This document shows positions 1 through 9,448 of a stretch of DNA of 64,000 nt, one piece after another (the stretch's first letter is position 1; the number at the start of each line of letters is the position of its first letter). A program made the translations under genes and the position numbers. The stretch comes from an uncultured Verrucomicrobiae bacterium. Lineage in GTDB: Bacteria > Verrucomicrobiota > Verrucomicrobiia > Limisphaerales > Palsa-1400. The notes beneath the pieces are model-generated. The model was not told the origin of the DNA. It saw only the letters and a program-made list of their open reading frames with translations, and ran no database searches. The stretch lies in contig CAVXRD010000003.1 of the NCBI GenBank assembly GCA_963764165.1, positions 480,001 to 544,000 on the forward strand. Direction: 5' to 3'.

Positions 1-924
1 TTTAATTATGGCCTGAGTAGCGGCTACGCGGAGGCTGGCAATGAAGTTCTCTTGACAACAAATACGTACGGGAGCGCTTCAACCAACGCATGCTATATCA
101 CGCAAGCCCAAGTCCAGTTTGACTTCGAGTCCGAAAATGTCCCGTCCGGCACCGAAGCAATCGAGTTGAATTTTTATCAAAATGACGGGCCCCCATTCGG
201 CGGCTCCAATTCGCCTGGAACGCTGATATGGAGCAGCGGCTTTGTCACCACGAGCGAACTCGGGCTGGAAGGGGATGATACTCCGCTCCTATTGATCTAT
301 TCTCCCAATGTGTTTGTGCCCCCCGATTTTACTTGGACGCTCGTTTATTCCAATCTCCCTTCCGGTGAAATGGCCGGGCTGACTCTCTGCTCGCCGGCAG
401 ACGCCGGGCAAACCGACGGTTTTGCATGGCTCAATTTAGGAACCGCAGCCGCCCCCTCGTGGAGCTTAAACGGGGTGAGTTATACGCAATACGGTTTTTA
501 TCCAACGCCGCCCCAGCCAATTCTGGCAGCCGGCGCCGTCTTTGCTGGATTTGTGAATCCACAGGCTGGGGCCATACAAGCGATTTCAATGCAGACCAAC
601 GGCACGATTTTACTCGAGTTGGCTGGGACGGCTGGCGCCCCCTACACGCTAAGCGTGTCAACCGACCTGACAAATTGGACCCCGATGGCGACACTCGCCA
701 ACATTGATGGCACCACGCCATACACCGATTCTTCGGCGGGCAGTTTTCCGGCGCGGTTTTATAGGCTGGCTCTGCAGGGCGCAACCCCGTCTGCGCCGGC
801 TTTAGGGCCTCCGTTCTATCCTCCGTACGCGTGGGGGTCTCCCAATGGCTTCACGGTTTGCTTCCCTGGCGACACCCTCCCGATAACCTACCAGGCGTCA
901 TCCGGGCCTGGACACGGGCCGTAA
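1..924 (+). CDS. Exported hypothetical protein, 5'-partial, with shared C-terminal-type domain (STDLTNW...FYRL) plus a ~50-aa tail
   Basis: Frame is open from base 1 (FNYGLSSGYAEAGNEVLL...). Beta-rich Thr/Asn/Gly composition; motif YTLSVSTDLTNW...PARFYRL. Confidence 0.7.
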   Translation, partial: FNYGLSSGYAEAGNEVLLTTNTYGSASTNACYITQAQVQFDFESENVPSGTEAIELNFYQNDGPPFGGSNSPGTLIWSSGFVTTSELGLEGDDTPLLLIYSPNVFVPPDFTWTLVYSNLPSGEMAGLTLCSPADAGQTDGFAWLNLGTAAAPSWSLNGVSYTQYGFYPTPPQPILAAGAVFAGFVNPQAGAIQAISMQTNGTILLELAGTAGAPYTLSVSTDLTNWTPMATLANIDGTTPYTDSSAGSFPARFYRLALQGATPSAPALGPPFYPPYAWGSPNGFTVCFPGDTLPITYQASSGPGHGP

Positions 925-997
925 CGGATGGCTGAACTTGCCCGCGCTTGGCCAACTTTGGCTTGCGTTGACAGTTTTTGCTCGTAAATTCAATTGC

Positions 998-2044
998 ATG
1001 TTGGCTGCTGAGAGTAGTCGGGCTGCCGTCCCCGTTGGACCATCAATGCCGCAAGGCTCCGGGTGGAAACAGATTGCGGAAGCGGTGGACCCGTTCCTGC
1101 GCAGCGTGGCAGCCCAGCTAGCCGCGCAGACCGAGGAATTTGAACCGCAAATCGCGGAACTCGCCCAATACGCCCTCACCGCCCAAGGCAAACAACTTCG
1201 CCCCATACTCGTCTCCTTGAGCGGCGAAGCCGTCGGCACACTTCGCGAAGGCCATCGAACGGTCGCGGTCATCATCGAGATGATCCACTTGGCCACTCTC
1301 GTTCACGACGACATCATTGACGAAGCCCATTTGCGCCGCGGCCGGCTGACGGTGGCGGCGAATTGGGGCAACGAAATTTCTGTCCTTCTGGGCGATTGCC
1401 TGTTTGCGCATGCGCTCAAGCTCGCGGCCAGTTTTCCGTCGCCGGAAATCTGCCGGGCGGCGGCAGGCGCGGCCAATACCGTTTGCGCGGGAGAGATTCT
1501 GCAAAGCCGCGCTCGTGGAGATTTTGAAGCGACGCGCGAGCATTATTTCAAGACCGTGGCGATGAAAACGGGGGAATTGTTTGCGCTTTCGTGTGATTTG
1601 GGCGGATTCGTCAGCGAGACATCTGTTGTGCTTAGAAACCGTTTGCGGGAGTACGGAATGGCGTTGGGAACAGCCTATCAACTTTACGATGATTGTTTGG
1701 ATGTGCTTGGTTCTGAGGTTACTGCGGGGAAGACTCTGGGGGCGGACATGGCCAAGGGAAAAATGACGCTGCCAATTTTGATCGTTCGTGACCGTGCCAC
1801 TGTCGAAGACCGGGACCGCCTTCGTCGCTGGCTGGCCAATTGGGAGCCGGCGTATCTCGCGGGGGTCGTTGAACTGATGGTGAAATACGAGGCTTTTGCC
1901 GAATCGCGCGCTGTGATTCAGCAGTATTTGGTGGCAGCCCGTGAGTCACTGATGCCGTTGCCGCCGGGACGGGGCAAAGCCGGGCTGGCCGGGCTGACTG
2001 AATTCCTGGCGGAACAAACGGAAGCCCTTGGTGTAGTCTATTAA
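998..2044 (+). CDS. ispB: Polyprenyl diphosphate synthase (octaprenyl/heptaprenyl type, IspB-like)
   Basis: GKQLRP, HLATLVHDDIID (FARM), RRG, KTG and YQLYDDCLD (SARM) motifs; ATG at 998. Confidence 0.88.
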   Translation: MLAAESSRAAVPVGPSMPQGSGWKQIAEAVDPFLRSVAAQLAAQTEEFEPQIAELAQYALTAQGKQLRPILVSLSGEAVGTLREGHRTVAVIIEMIHLATLVHDDIIDEAHLRRGRLTVAANWGNEISVLLGDCLFAHALKLAASFPSPEICRAAAGAANTVCAGEILQSRARGDFEATREHYFKTVAMKTGELFALSCDLGGFVSETSVVLRNRLREYGMALGTAYQLYDDCLDVLGSEVTAGKTLGADMAKGKMTLPILIVRDRATVEDRDRLRRWLANWEPAYLAGVVELMVKYEAFAESRAVIQQYLVAARESLMPLPPGRGKAGLAGLTEFLAEQTEALGVVY

Positions 2045-2096
2045 TAAGGGCGTCGAAATACGCTCTGAAGATGCTTCTCTGGAGAGGAGCGTTCTG

Positions 2097-2744
2097 TTGC
2101 AAAAGAAAGCTGAACCTGAAAAAGCCGTGATAGCGCCTCCAACAGCGGAACCAACCGTTGCCGTCCAGACTGACGAGATTTCCGATCTCGAGCTGGTTCG
2201 CCGCGCCCAAAATGATGACATGCGGGCGTATGACCAGTTGATGCGCCGCTATCAGGAACGCATCTATGGCACGGTCTACCACATGACGTCCAATCATGAG
2301 GACGCCAATGACCTGACGCAGGATACGTTCATCAAGGCTTACCGCGTGCTCAAGTCGTTCAAGGGAGACTCGAGCTTTTTCACCTGGGTTTATAGGATTG
2401 CGGTGAATCGGACGATCAACTTCCTGAAACAACGCAAGAACCGGGTTCAAATGAGCCTCAACGATGTCGATTTCCACGCGGAGAACGACCCGGACTTGGT
2501 GGCGCTGGTTTCCGACAAAACACCGCGGCGCGATCTTGGTTTGAGCGAATTGCAGGAAAAATTGAACGCGGCCATGCTGAAGCTGTCAGAAGATCACAGA
2601 ATGGTCGTGACATTGCATGATGTGCAGGGGATGTCTCACGATGAGATTGGCGAGATCATGGATTGCAATGTTGGCACGGTGAGGTCGCGCTTGTTTTATG
2701 CGCGGCAGCAGTTGCAGGCCCATTTGTCGGACTATTTGAAGTAG
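2097..2744 (+). CDS. ECF RNA polymerase sigma-70 factor (RpoE-like)
   Basis: Region 2 DANDLTQDTFIKAY...FFTWVYRIAVN; region 4 GMSHDEIGEIMDCNVGTVRSRLFYAR. Start uncertain. Confidence 0.92.
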   Translation: MQKKAEPEKAVIAPPTAEPTVAVQTDEISDLELVRRAQNDDMRAYDQLMRRYQERIYGTVYHMTSNHEDANDLTQDTFIKAYRVLKSFKGDSSFFTWVYRIAVNRTINFLKQRKNRVQMSLNDVDFHAENDPDLVALVSDKTPRRDLGLSELQEKLNAAMLKLSEDHRMVVTLHDVQGMSHDEIGEIMDCNVGTVRSRLFYARQQLQAHLSDYLK

Positions 2745-2758
2745 CAGCAGATATTAGT

Positions 2759-3193
2759 ATGAGTTCAGATTCAAATGACTTTGAGGCATTGCGAAAATTG
2801 ATGGCGCTCAAGCGGTATGAGCTGCCCCCGCCCCGCTATTTTGACGAGCTTCCCGACCGCGTGTTGACGCGCCTCGAACGGGGCGAAGGCAAACCGTCGT
2901 TCTTAGAAAACTTTCTTCAAAGCGTCGTCATCCGGCCTGCGCTCGCTTACAGTTGCGCCTTGGCAGCGTTGAGTGCGCTGACTTGGAGCATTGTTTATTC
3001 GGTGAGGAATGCCCCTACCGAACCGTCGCGCGCCTTTGCCAATGGGTGGCAGAACAGCGCGGAAGCTACCGCCGGTCAGGCGAGCGATCTGCCGCGTTGG
3101 GCCAATGCCAATGCAACCAATCCAGTTTTAGGTTCCTCTCCGATGTTTGACTTGGGCACGCACCCAATCCCCATGCTAATCGCAAATCCGTAG
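2759..3193 (+). CDS. Membrane-anchored protein, putative anti-sigma factor
   Basis: Begins 14 bp after the ECF gene; N-terminal LKRYELPPPRYFDEL, one hydrophobic helix, low-complexity C-terminus. Confidence 0.55.
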   Translation: MSSDSNDFEALRKLMALKRYELPPPRYFDELPDRVLTRLERGEGKPSFLENFLQSVVIRPALAYSCALAALSALTWSIVYSVRNAPTEPSRAFANGWQNSAEATAGQASDLPRWANANATNPVLGSSPMFDLGTHPIPMLIANP

Positions 3194-3211
3194 CGGAGCT
3201 TCAGGATTCAG

Positions 3212-4951
3212 TTACGCGGACGTTTGCACCGGCAATGTGACTGACACCGAAGTCCCTTTTCCCGCGCGTGACAAGATTCGAATTTTCCCGCGGTGGGTTT
3301 CAATCACCCGCTCCACAATCGCCAAGCCCAGGCCGGTTCCACGCTGTTTGGTGGAATTCAGCAGCGACGAATTTTTCCTGCGGCGCTGTTCATCGGAAAT
3401 CCCTTTTCCCGTGTCGCGAAATTCAATCAGCACATGCGAAGGCTTGTCGCCGCGGCGCGGCAATATCACCGCGCGCGTCGAAATCGTGAGCGTCCCGCCT
3501 TGCGGCATGGCCTCGACGGCGTTGAGTGCGAGATTCAGAAACGCCTGCGCCAATTGCGTGCCGTCGGCTGTAACTTCCGGCAATTCCGGCCCAAGCTTGC
3601 GCACGAACTCGATCTGCTGATTGCGCAATTTGTGCCGGATGAGAAGCGCCAGGTCGTTGAGCAAATGGTTGATGTTGACCGCGCTCATGTCCGGCTCCGC
3701 GTGGCGCGCGAAATCGAGGATTTGCTCCACGATTTTGTTCAACTGATCCATCTTCTCGCGGAAAATAATATCATCCCGCACCCGCGGGTCGCCCGGCTTG
3801 AACTCCAGCTTGAGGGAGTGATAGAGCATCTTCATCACCGTCAGCGGATTGCGAATTTCGTGCGCCACCTCCGCCGCAAGCAGGCCGAGGGCCGAAAGTT
3901 TCTCGTTTTGACGCAAGCGCTCTTCGACATCGACCACGCGCTCGTAAAGCCGCGCTTTTTCCAGCGCGATGGCCGACAATTCCGTCAACGCGGTGAGAAT
4001 GTTAAATTCTTCGTTGGAAAAACTGCGCTGCTCGCCGGTGTAAACGTTGAGCGTTCCGACGGCGCGCCCGCCAAATATCAGCGGCGCGCTCAGCAGCGAG
4101 AACAGTCCTTCGCGCCGCGCCATGTCGATGTTTTGATAGAGCGCGGAGGTTTGCACATTTTCCAATTGCATCGTTTTTTTCCGCCGCACCACGATGCCCA
4201 TGAAACTCTCGCCGACGTTTAATCGCGGCTTGGAAAGATACGACGAACCCGCGCCGTGGCTCGCGCGCAAATCCAGCCATTCGCCTGTTTCGTCAAGCAT
4301 AAGAAGCGAGCACATCCGCGCGTCCATCAAGGTGCAGGCTTCGCGCGTGATTTCGTGCAGCGCCTCGTCCACATGCAGGGCCGAGTTGATCGAGCGGCTC
4401 ACGCGCACGAGCGTTTCAAGAAGGCGGGCCTTGAGGCGCGATTGCTCAAAAATCCATGTGTTCTGAATCACTCTGGCTGCTTGCGCGGCAAGTTCCTCCA
4501 GCAGTTCCTGATCGCTCTGGCTGAACGCATCGGGATTGCGCGAATCGACGTTCAGCACGCCGCGAACTTCGCCCATCACTTCCAGCGGCACGGCCAGTTC
4601 GGAGCGAACATCGCGATGCACCATCACGTATCGCCCGTCGTGGCGGACGTCCCCCACCCGCGCGGGTTTGCCGGTGCGCGCGACCCAGCCGGTAATTCCC
4701 TGGCCGACGCGCAATTTGATCTCCGGCACGCGCGCGGGAACGCTGGCCGAGGCGTGCGTTTCAAGCATGCCGGTGGTGGGATTTATGAGCGCCAGGGAGC
4801 CGCTCGACGCGCGCATCAGCCGCACGGCTTCCTGAATGATTAACTGGAGCGCCTTCTCCGGTTCGAGTGTGGAATGGATGACGTTGCTGACCTGATAGAG
4901 CAATTTCAGCCGCTCATGGGCCGCCTGCAGGCTCGCAAAATCATCGGTCAT
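3212..4951 (-). CDS. Cytoplasmic GAF-GAF sensor histidine kinase
   Basis: Two GAF-like repeats (SELAVPL...GVLNV; SLLSAPL...GTLNV), H-box AHEIRNPL, N-box NLALNAVEAM, DTGKG and GTGLGL; no TM segment. Confidence 0.9.
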   Translation of the reverse strand: MTDDFASLQAAHERLKLLYQVSNVIHSTLEPEKALQLIIQEAVRLMRASSGSLALINPTTGMLETHASASVPARVPEIKLRVGQGITGWVARTGKPARVGDVRHDGRYVMVHRDVRSELAVPLEVMGEVRGVLNVDSRNPDAFSQSDQELLEELAAQAARVIQNTWIFEQSRLKARLLETLVRVSRSINSALHVDEALHEITREACTLMDARMCSLLMLDETGEWLDLRASHGAGSSYLSKPRLNVGESFMGIVVRRKKTMQLENVQTSALYQNIDMARREGLFSLLSAPLIFGGRAVGTLNVYTGEQRSFSNEEFNILTALTELSAIALEKARLYERVVDVEERLRQNEKLSALGLLAAEVAHEIRNPLTVMKMLYHSLKLEFKPGDPRVRDDIIFREKMDQLNKIVEQILDFARHAEPDMSAVNINHLLNDLALLIRHKLRNQQIEFVRKLGPELPEVTADGTQLAQAFLNLALNAVEAMPQGGTLTISTRAVILPRRGDKPSHVLIEFRDTGKGISDEQRRRKNSSLLNSTKQRGTGLGLAIVERVIETHRGKIRILSRAGKGTSVSVTLPVQTSA

Positions 4952-5993
4952 CGTTGGCGGCGCCCGACGTTTCGATTTGATGCGTCAACTGCGCCACCAG
5001 CCGTTGCGCCAGGGAAGCGGGCAGCGCATAACTGGCATACCGGCTGGCCCGCGCAATGTTTAAACCAATCGCCTTGCCGTCAAGATTCAGGAGCGGGCCG
5101 CCGCATTGCCACGGCTGGAGAACCGAGTCGTGCTCGATGGCTTCCGCAAAACCTTCACTGCGCGCGCTGACGTTTCCATTCAACTTCGAGTCGCGCTCGT
5201 CTTCGCCAGCGCCGTGCGTGACGCGTTCGCCGGGTTTCAGGAGCATCAGCTCAATGTTCGCCTCAAACGATTTTTTATCGCGCTGGAAATGCATGTTGAC
5301 CGTTTGGCCCTCGTGAAATTCCAGCAGGATCGCCATCAGTTCAGCTTTGTTGGTGACCGCGGTGCCATCGACCGCCACCACCACATCCCCGGGCTTCACT
5401 CCGGCCTTTTCCGCGCCGAAGCCGCTCATCAATTCCTCAACGACTGGCTGCTCGAAGTCCTTGTCAAAACTCAAGCCAACGTAAGCGCGCTGCGGGCGGA
5501 TTCTTCGCGTGCGCGCGCTGACGATGCCGACCGCCTGCGGCGTATCCGCCAGGCCGGGTGTGACCGCCCACTGGCCTTCCGCCACTGAGCGCGTGTCCCA
5601 CTGAATTGGCTTCAACCCGCTGGCGCCGATGCGCACCAGCGCGACATCGGTGTCGTGATCAGTGGCGAGCAAATGCGCCGGAACCTCCTTTCCTGAAGGA
5701 AGCCAGCAGGTCAATTTGCCAGCCTTCAACTCGCTTGCTTTTGTCAATACCAGCCCATTCGATCCCACCACCGCCCCCATCGCCACCGTGTCTTCGTTGA
5801 CGTCCAATTCCACAATGGAATTGCTCGCCTGCGCGGAAATCGGCGCGAACGCATTCAACACCGACTGCCCGCTCCGGTAACGGCTGCGGGCCAGCGAGGG
5901 CAGTTCCTGATCGGTGGCCAGTGAAATCCGCGCGGGCAGAACGGCGAGCGCCGCCACCGCGCACGCGCGAAGCGTAGTCAATACTAATTTCAT
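4941..5993 (-). CDS. Trypsin-like (HtrA-type) PDZ protein with non-canonical catalytic site
   Basis: Signal peptide; VLTKASEL at the His position, DVALV, PDZ (GAEKAGVKPGDVVVAVDG), QCGGPL at the Ser position; ATGA overlap with the upstream gene. Confidence 0.8.
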   Translation of the reverse strand: MKLVLTTLRACAVAALAVLPARISLATDQELPSLARSRYRSGQSVLNAFAPISAQASNSIVELDVNEDTVAMGAVVGSNGLVLTKASELKAGKLTCWLPSGKEVPAHLLATDHDTDVALVRIGASGLKPIQWDTRSVAEGQWAVTPGLADTPQAVGIVSARTRRIRPQRAYVGLSFDKDFEQPVVEELMSGFGAEKAGVKPGDVVVAVDGTAVTNKAELMAILLEFHEGQTVNMHFQRDKKSFEANIELMLLKPGERVTHGAGEDERDSKLNGNVSARSEGFAEAIEHDSVLQPWQCGGPLLNLDGKAIGLNIARASRYASYALPASLAQRLVAQLTHQIETSGAANDDR

Positions 5994-7048
5994 TTTGCGG
6001 TGGGCATTGTCGGCATCGGCTGCATCGTGATGCTCTTGGGCATGATTTTTTTGCCGCGCAAGACTTCCAATTCCAGCACGTCGCCGGGCCGGCTTTTGGC
6101 CATCCAATGCTCGAAGGTTTCTGCAAACTCCACTCGTCTTCCATTCACCGCCAGGATGCGATCGTCCTTGCGCAAGCTCGCTTTGGCGGCGGGGCTGTTC
6201 TTTTCAACTTTATCGACGCGGCAGCCGGAATCGTCCTCGATAATGCTTAGACCGCAGTAAGTCACCGGACGATGCGTCACGCCGCTCAGTTCATCCCAAG
6301 TCTCGGAAAATTGCGAAATGGGAACGTGAAAATTGTCCGCCGCGGCATTGGCAATCGACGTGTGGATGCCGATGACGCGCCCGTGCATGTCGAAGAGCGG
6401 GCCACCAGAATCGCCTGGAAAAATCGTGCAATCGGTCTGCAATTGCTCAGGCGCGATTTGGATAATTCGTCCGAGCCTCGTCACCAGCGAGCGCTTCAAA
6501 TCAAATCCGCCCGGATTGCCCATCGCCAGCACCCAATCGCCCGGACGCGCGCTTGCCACGTCGCCGATGCTTGCGTGCGACCAATTCCCCGCATCGGTGA
6601 TTTTCATCAAGCCCGTGTCGACATCTTCATTCACACCCAAGGTCTTGCCATGGGCTGTGTGGCCATTGGGAAAAGTAAAAGTCACCGGCATCCCGGCCTT
6701 GACGGCAACGTGGCCCGCCGTCAGCACCAGGCCGTCGGCTGAAATAATCACGCCGCTGCCGCTCGAATCGCCCACCATCACCGAAACCACCGATGGAGAA
6801 AGATCGGCGACAAGTTTCGCCACATGATTTTGGATCTCGCGCAAATCATCCACCGATGCAGGCACGTCCTTGGCAAAAACGGATGGCAAATCGGACGCAA
6901 CGACTGGCGCTGGCGGTGGAAGTTTCGGGCGGGACGAGACGTCCCCGAAGGCGGAGCAGCAGGCGAACCAACCCGCCGCCGTGAGAGCAACGGCGGACTG
7001 CCAGCGGGCAAGTACGCCCCGAGGCCACTGAAAATCAGACATGAGCAT
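5990..7048 (-). CDS. Trypsin-like serine protease with C-terminal PDZ (HtrA/DegP family)
   Basis: GSGVII, LTAGHV, DTGL and GDSGGPL triad motifs; PDZ SPAAKASLRKDDRILAVNG. Confidence 0.9.
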   Translation of the reverse strand: MLMSDFQWPRGVLARWQSAVALTAAGWFACCSAFGDVSSRPKLPPPAPVVASDLPSVFAKDVPASVDDLREIQNHVAKLVADLSPSVVSVMVGDSSGSGVIISADGLVLTAGHVAVKAGMPVTFTFPNGHTAHGKTLGVNEDVDTGLMKITDAGNWSHASIGDVASARPGDWVLAMGNPGGFDLKRSLVTRLGRIIQIAPEQLQTDCTIFPGDSGGPLFDMHGRVIGIHTSIANAAADNFHVPISQFSETWDELSGVTHRPVTYCGLSIIEDDSGCRVDKVEKNSPAAKASLRKDDRILAVNGRRVEFAETFEHWMAKSRPGDVLELEVLRGKKIMPKSITMQPMPTMPTAK

Positions 7049-7224
7049 TACTTAAGGAAAATGCCGGAGCAAACCGAGGTGAATCGCCTCGCAAGCCGAC
7101 GGCAAAAACCGCTGGGACAATACTGTCTTCACCCCATGTGGTCAAGACCGGAATGGAATTGCTGGTTAGTTTCGCATCCCGGAAGTCCGCCCGCGATAGA
7201 TGCGCCGGATTGCAAGGAGGTCCG

Positions 7225-9264
7225 CTATTGGACTATGAGCCTGAAGAATTCGTTTGACTGGCCGTTGTTGGTGACGGTGAGGCTGACCTGGGCGTTATTG
7301 GTCAGCGGGCCTATCACTTGGATCTGCGACCAATTTGTCAGCGTGCTGGAACCTTGGAGGATGTAGGAAACGTTGGATTGGCCTTGAAAGCTCAATTGCA
7401 GAGTCTGCTGCGCCCAGGCCAGGGCAAGGGTCGGAGATTGAAGCGCATTCTGCTGGAGTTCGTATGCTCCCATATCGACGCCGGAGCCGGAAGGCCGGGG
7501 AAAACCGCGCTGGTCCGTGCTGGGCGCGCCGACAGCCGTGCCGGAATCCACCGCCGGGCTGTCGCTTGACAGCGCCATGGTCAAGGTTGGCCCGCCATTG
7601 TTTGCAAGAGGCAGCAATAGCGGATCGGTGAAGTTGTAGCTCGTGCCGCTCTCGAAGTTTGCCGAGCCATCGGAACTCACATTGTAGCCTGCGTCGGTGA
7701 CCGGGCCATAGGCATTGGTCGATCCCACGGGATAGGCAAGAAGCGAATTTTCCATGGATATTGTGCCGGTCAAATTTGCGACATTGGCTCCAGTCGCAAT
7801 CCCATAGGGCCCCATGGGAGCCTTTACGAGAATGACGAAATTGCTGGCGATCGTGACGTTCATGGTGGTCAGAACCCCGTTGGTATTGAAGACTCCTCCC
7901 CCAAAGCTGCTCCCCGGCATGCCATCATGGGACCCGTTCCCGGCGAGCGCTGTATTCAAAGCCACGGTGCAATTAGTCATGGCCAATTGTGAAAAATTGC
8001 AGATGCCGCCGCCAAGTCCGTTGCCTCCGGGAAATTCTGGATTCGGCACTCCGAAATCACCAGCAGTCCCGCCTTGGGCCAAATTGGAACTCACCGTGCA
8101 TCCAGTCAGCGATGCCGAGCCAAGATTGTAGATGGCACCACCGCGCCCGTCAGTATTGAAACTTGAACCGCTGCCGGACACCGCCTGATTTCCGGAAAAT
8201 GCAGTGTTGCTGGCAACGAGGGTCCCGCTCGAATAAATCGCACCTCCTTGGGCTTCGCCCGTGCCTGAGTTTTCAAAACCTTGGCCGCCGTTAGCCGCAT
8301 TGGAGGAGATTTGGCAAAGGACGACCATGGCTGTGCCCGAGAGGGCCGCAATCGCGCCGCCATAAGCGGAAGCCGGCGCGTCGCCGTCATCCGTCTGATT
8401 TGCCGGTGCGTTCCCTCCAACGGCTGTGTTGGACGAAATAATGCTGTTAGATATTACAAGGGAGCCGGACGCCAGAAAAATTGCGCCCCCGAAAGCGGAA
8501 GTTGAACCGGGGCTTGCGGGTCCAGTGCAGGTATTGCTGCTCAAATTACAATTGAGCAACAAAACCGTGGCGTTGGTTGTGTAAACGGCGCCGCCGAGTC
8601 CGTCGCCCCCGGGAATGCCCATCTCGAAATTGTTCATTGTTGCCAAGGTCGGGGCTCCTCCGTTGGCCGAGTTTTCGAAAAGGCTGACTGAATTGAGGAA
8701 CAGGGAGCCTCCGTTCACATAAATCGCGCCGCCTTGGCCATTCCCCCCCACGGCAAAGATGTTGGCATATATCCCCTGAGACGTAGATCCCCCCATCCCG
8801 CCTGTGACTGAATTGGATTCCAGTGTGCAGAGAGTTAATTGAACTGTGCCCCCGTTATTGAAGATGGCCCCGCCCTGCCCAGGAGCGCCATTCTGGGCCG
8901 CTGTGCCATACGTTCCATTGGCTCCGTTTGTCCCGACGATAGCGCCGTTGGCCATCACCAGGTTCGTGGCGGCAAAAGTCACGTCAGGATTGACATAAAA
9001 CAACCCGACGCTGTTGCCGCCGCTAATGACGACCGATCGCCCGGTCGCGTCAAGGATTACATCGTTGGTGACTTGTATGGTGTTTGTCAGGGTGATCGTC
9101 CCGTTGAAACCAAAGGTGACCACTCCGCCGTTATTCATCGCGCTCTGCAATGCAGCTTGTGTAGGAGTGCTGACGACGTTTGTTCCAGCCCTCAGCTCTT
9201 TCGGAATAAAAAATAGAAATGCAATCAGCGCGAAGTTCCAGCAGAATCTGGATAGTGGCAGCAC
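7225..9264 (-). CDS. Exported Gly-rich beta-helix protein with choice-of-anchor-Q-like region and shared C-terminal domain
   Basis: Signal peptide; repeated GGAIY/F...SSNxA units; DPLLLPLANNGGPTLTMAL...DQRGFPR...DMGAYE; ends YILQGSSTLTNW...FFRLIVQ. Confidence 0.8.
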   Translation of the reverse strand: MLPLSRFCWNFALIAFLFFIPKELRAGTNVVSTPTQAALQSAMNNGGVVTFGFNGTITLTNTIQVTNDVILDATGRSVVISGGNSVGLFYVNPDVTFAATNLVMANGAIVGTNGANGTYGTAAQNGAPGQGGAIFNNGGTVQLTLCTLESNSVTGGMGGSTSQGIYANIFAVGGNGQGGAIYVNGGSLFLNSVSLFENSANGGAPTLATMNNFEMGIPGGDGLGGAVYTTNATVLLLNCNLSSNTCTGPASPGSTSAFGGAIFLASGSLVISNSIISSNTAVGGNAPANQTDDGDAPASAYGGAIAALSGTAMVVLCQISSNAANGGQGFENSGTGEAQGGAIYSSGTLVASNTAFSGNQAVSGSGSSFNTDGRGGAIYNLGSASLTGCTVSSNLAQGGTAGDFGVPNPEFPGGNGLGGGICNFSQLAMTNCTVALNTALAGNGSHDGMPGSSFGGGVFNTNGVLTTMNVTIASNFVILVKAPMGPYGIATGANVANLTGTISMENSLLAYPVGSTNAYGPVTDAGYNVSSDGSANFESGTSYNFTDPLLLPLANNGGPTLTMALSSDSPAVDSGTAVGAPSTDQRGFPRPSGSGVDMGAYELQQNALQSPTLALAWAQQTLQLSFQGQSNVSYILQGSSTLTNWSQIQVIGPLTNNAQVSLTVTNNGQSNEFFRLIVQ

Positions 9265-9448
9265 ATCATTTCCTTTCGTTAGCTTTCGCCACGTCTTTTA
9301 GGCTTCCCGTTCAAATTCTTCAAGTCAAATCTGCATCAGTCAAATCCACACTTGGATTGCCATTGGGGTGTTCAACCCGAAATCACCCCTGCCTTTGCGC
9401 GGCGCGCAATCTTGACACTCGCGCCGTTTGTTGGCCCAATCGATCACA

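Noticed and set aside
968..996. TTGACA promoter candidates upstream of ispB (also at 9412, 24621, 27649)
   Set aside because: The -35 is perfect but there is no convincing TAnnnT at 16-18 bp.
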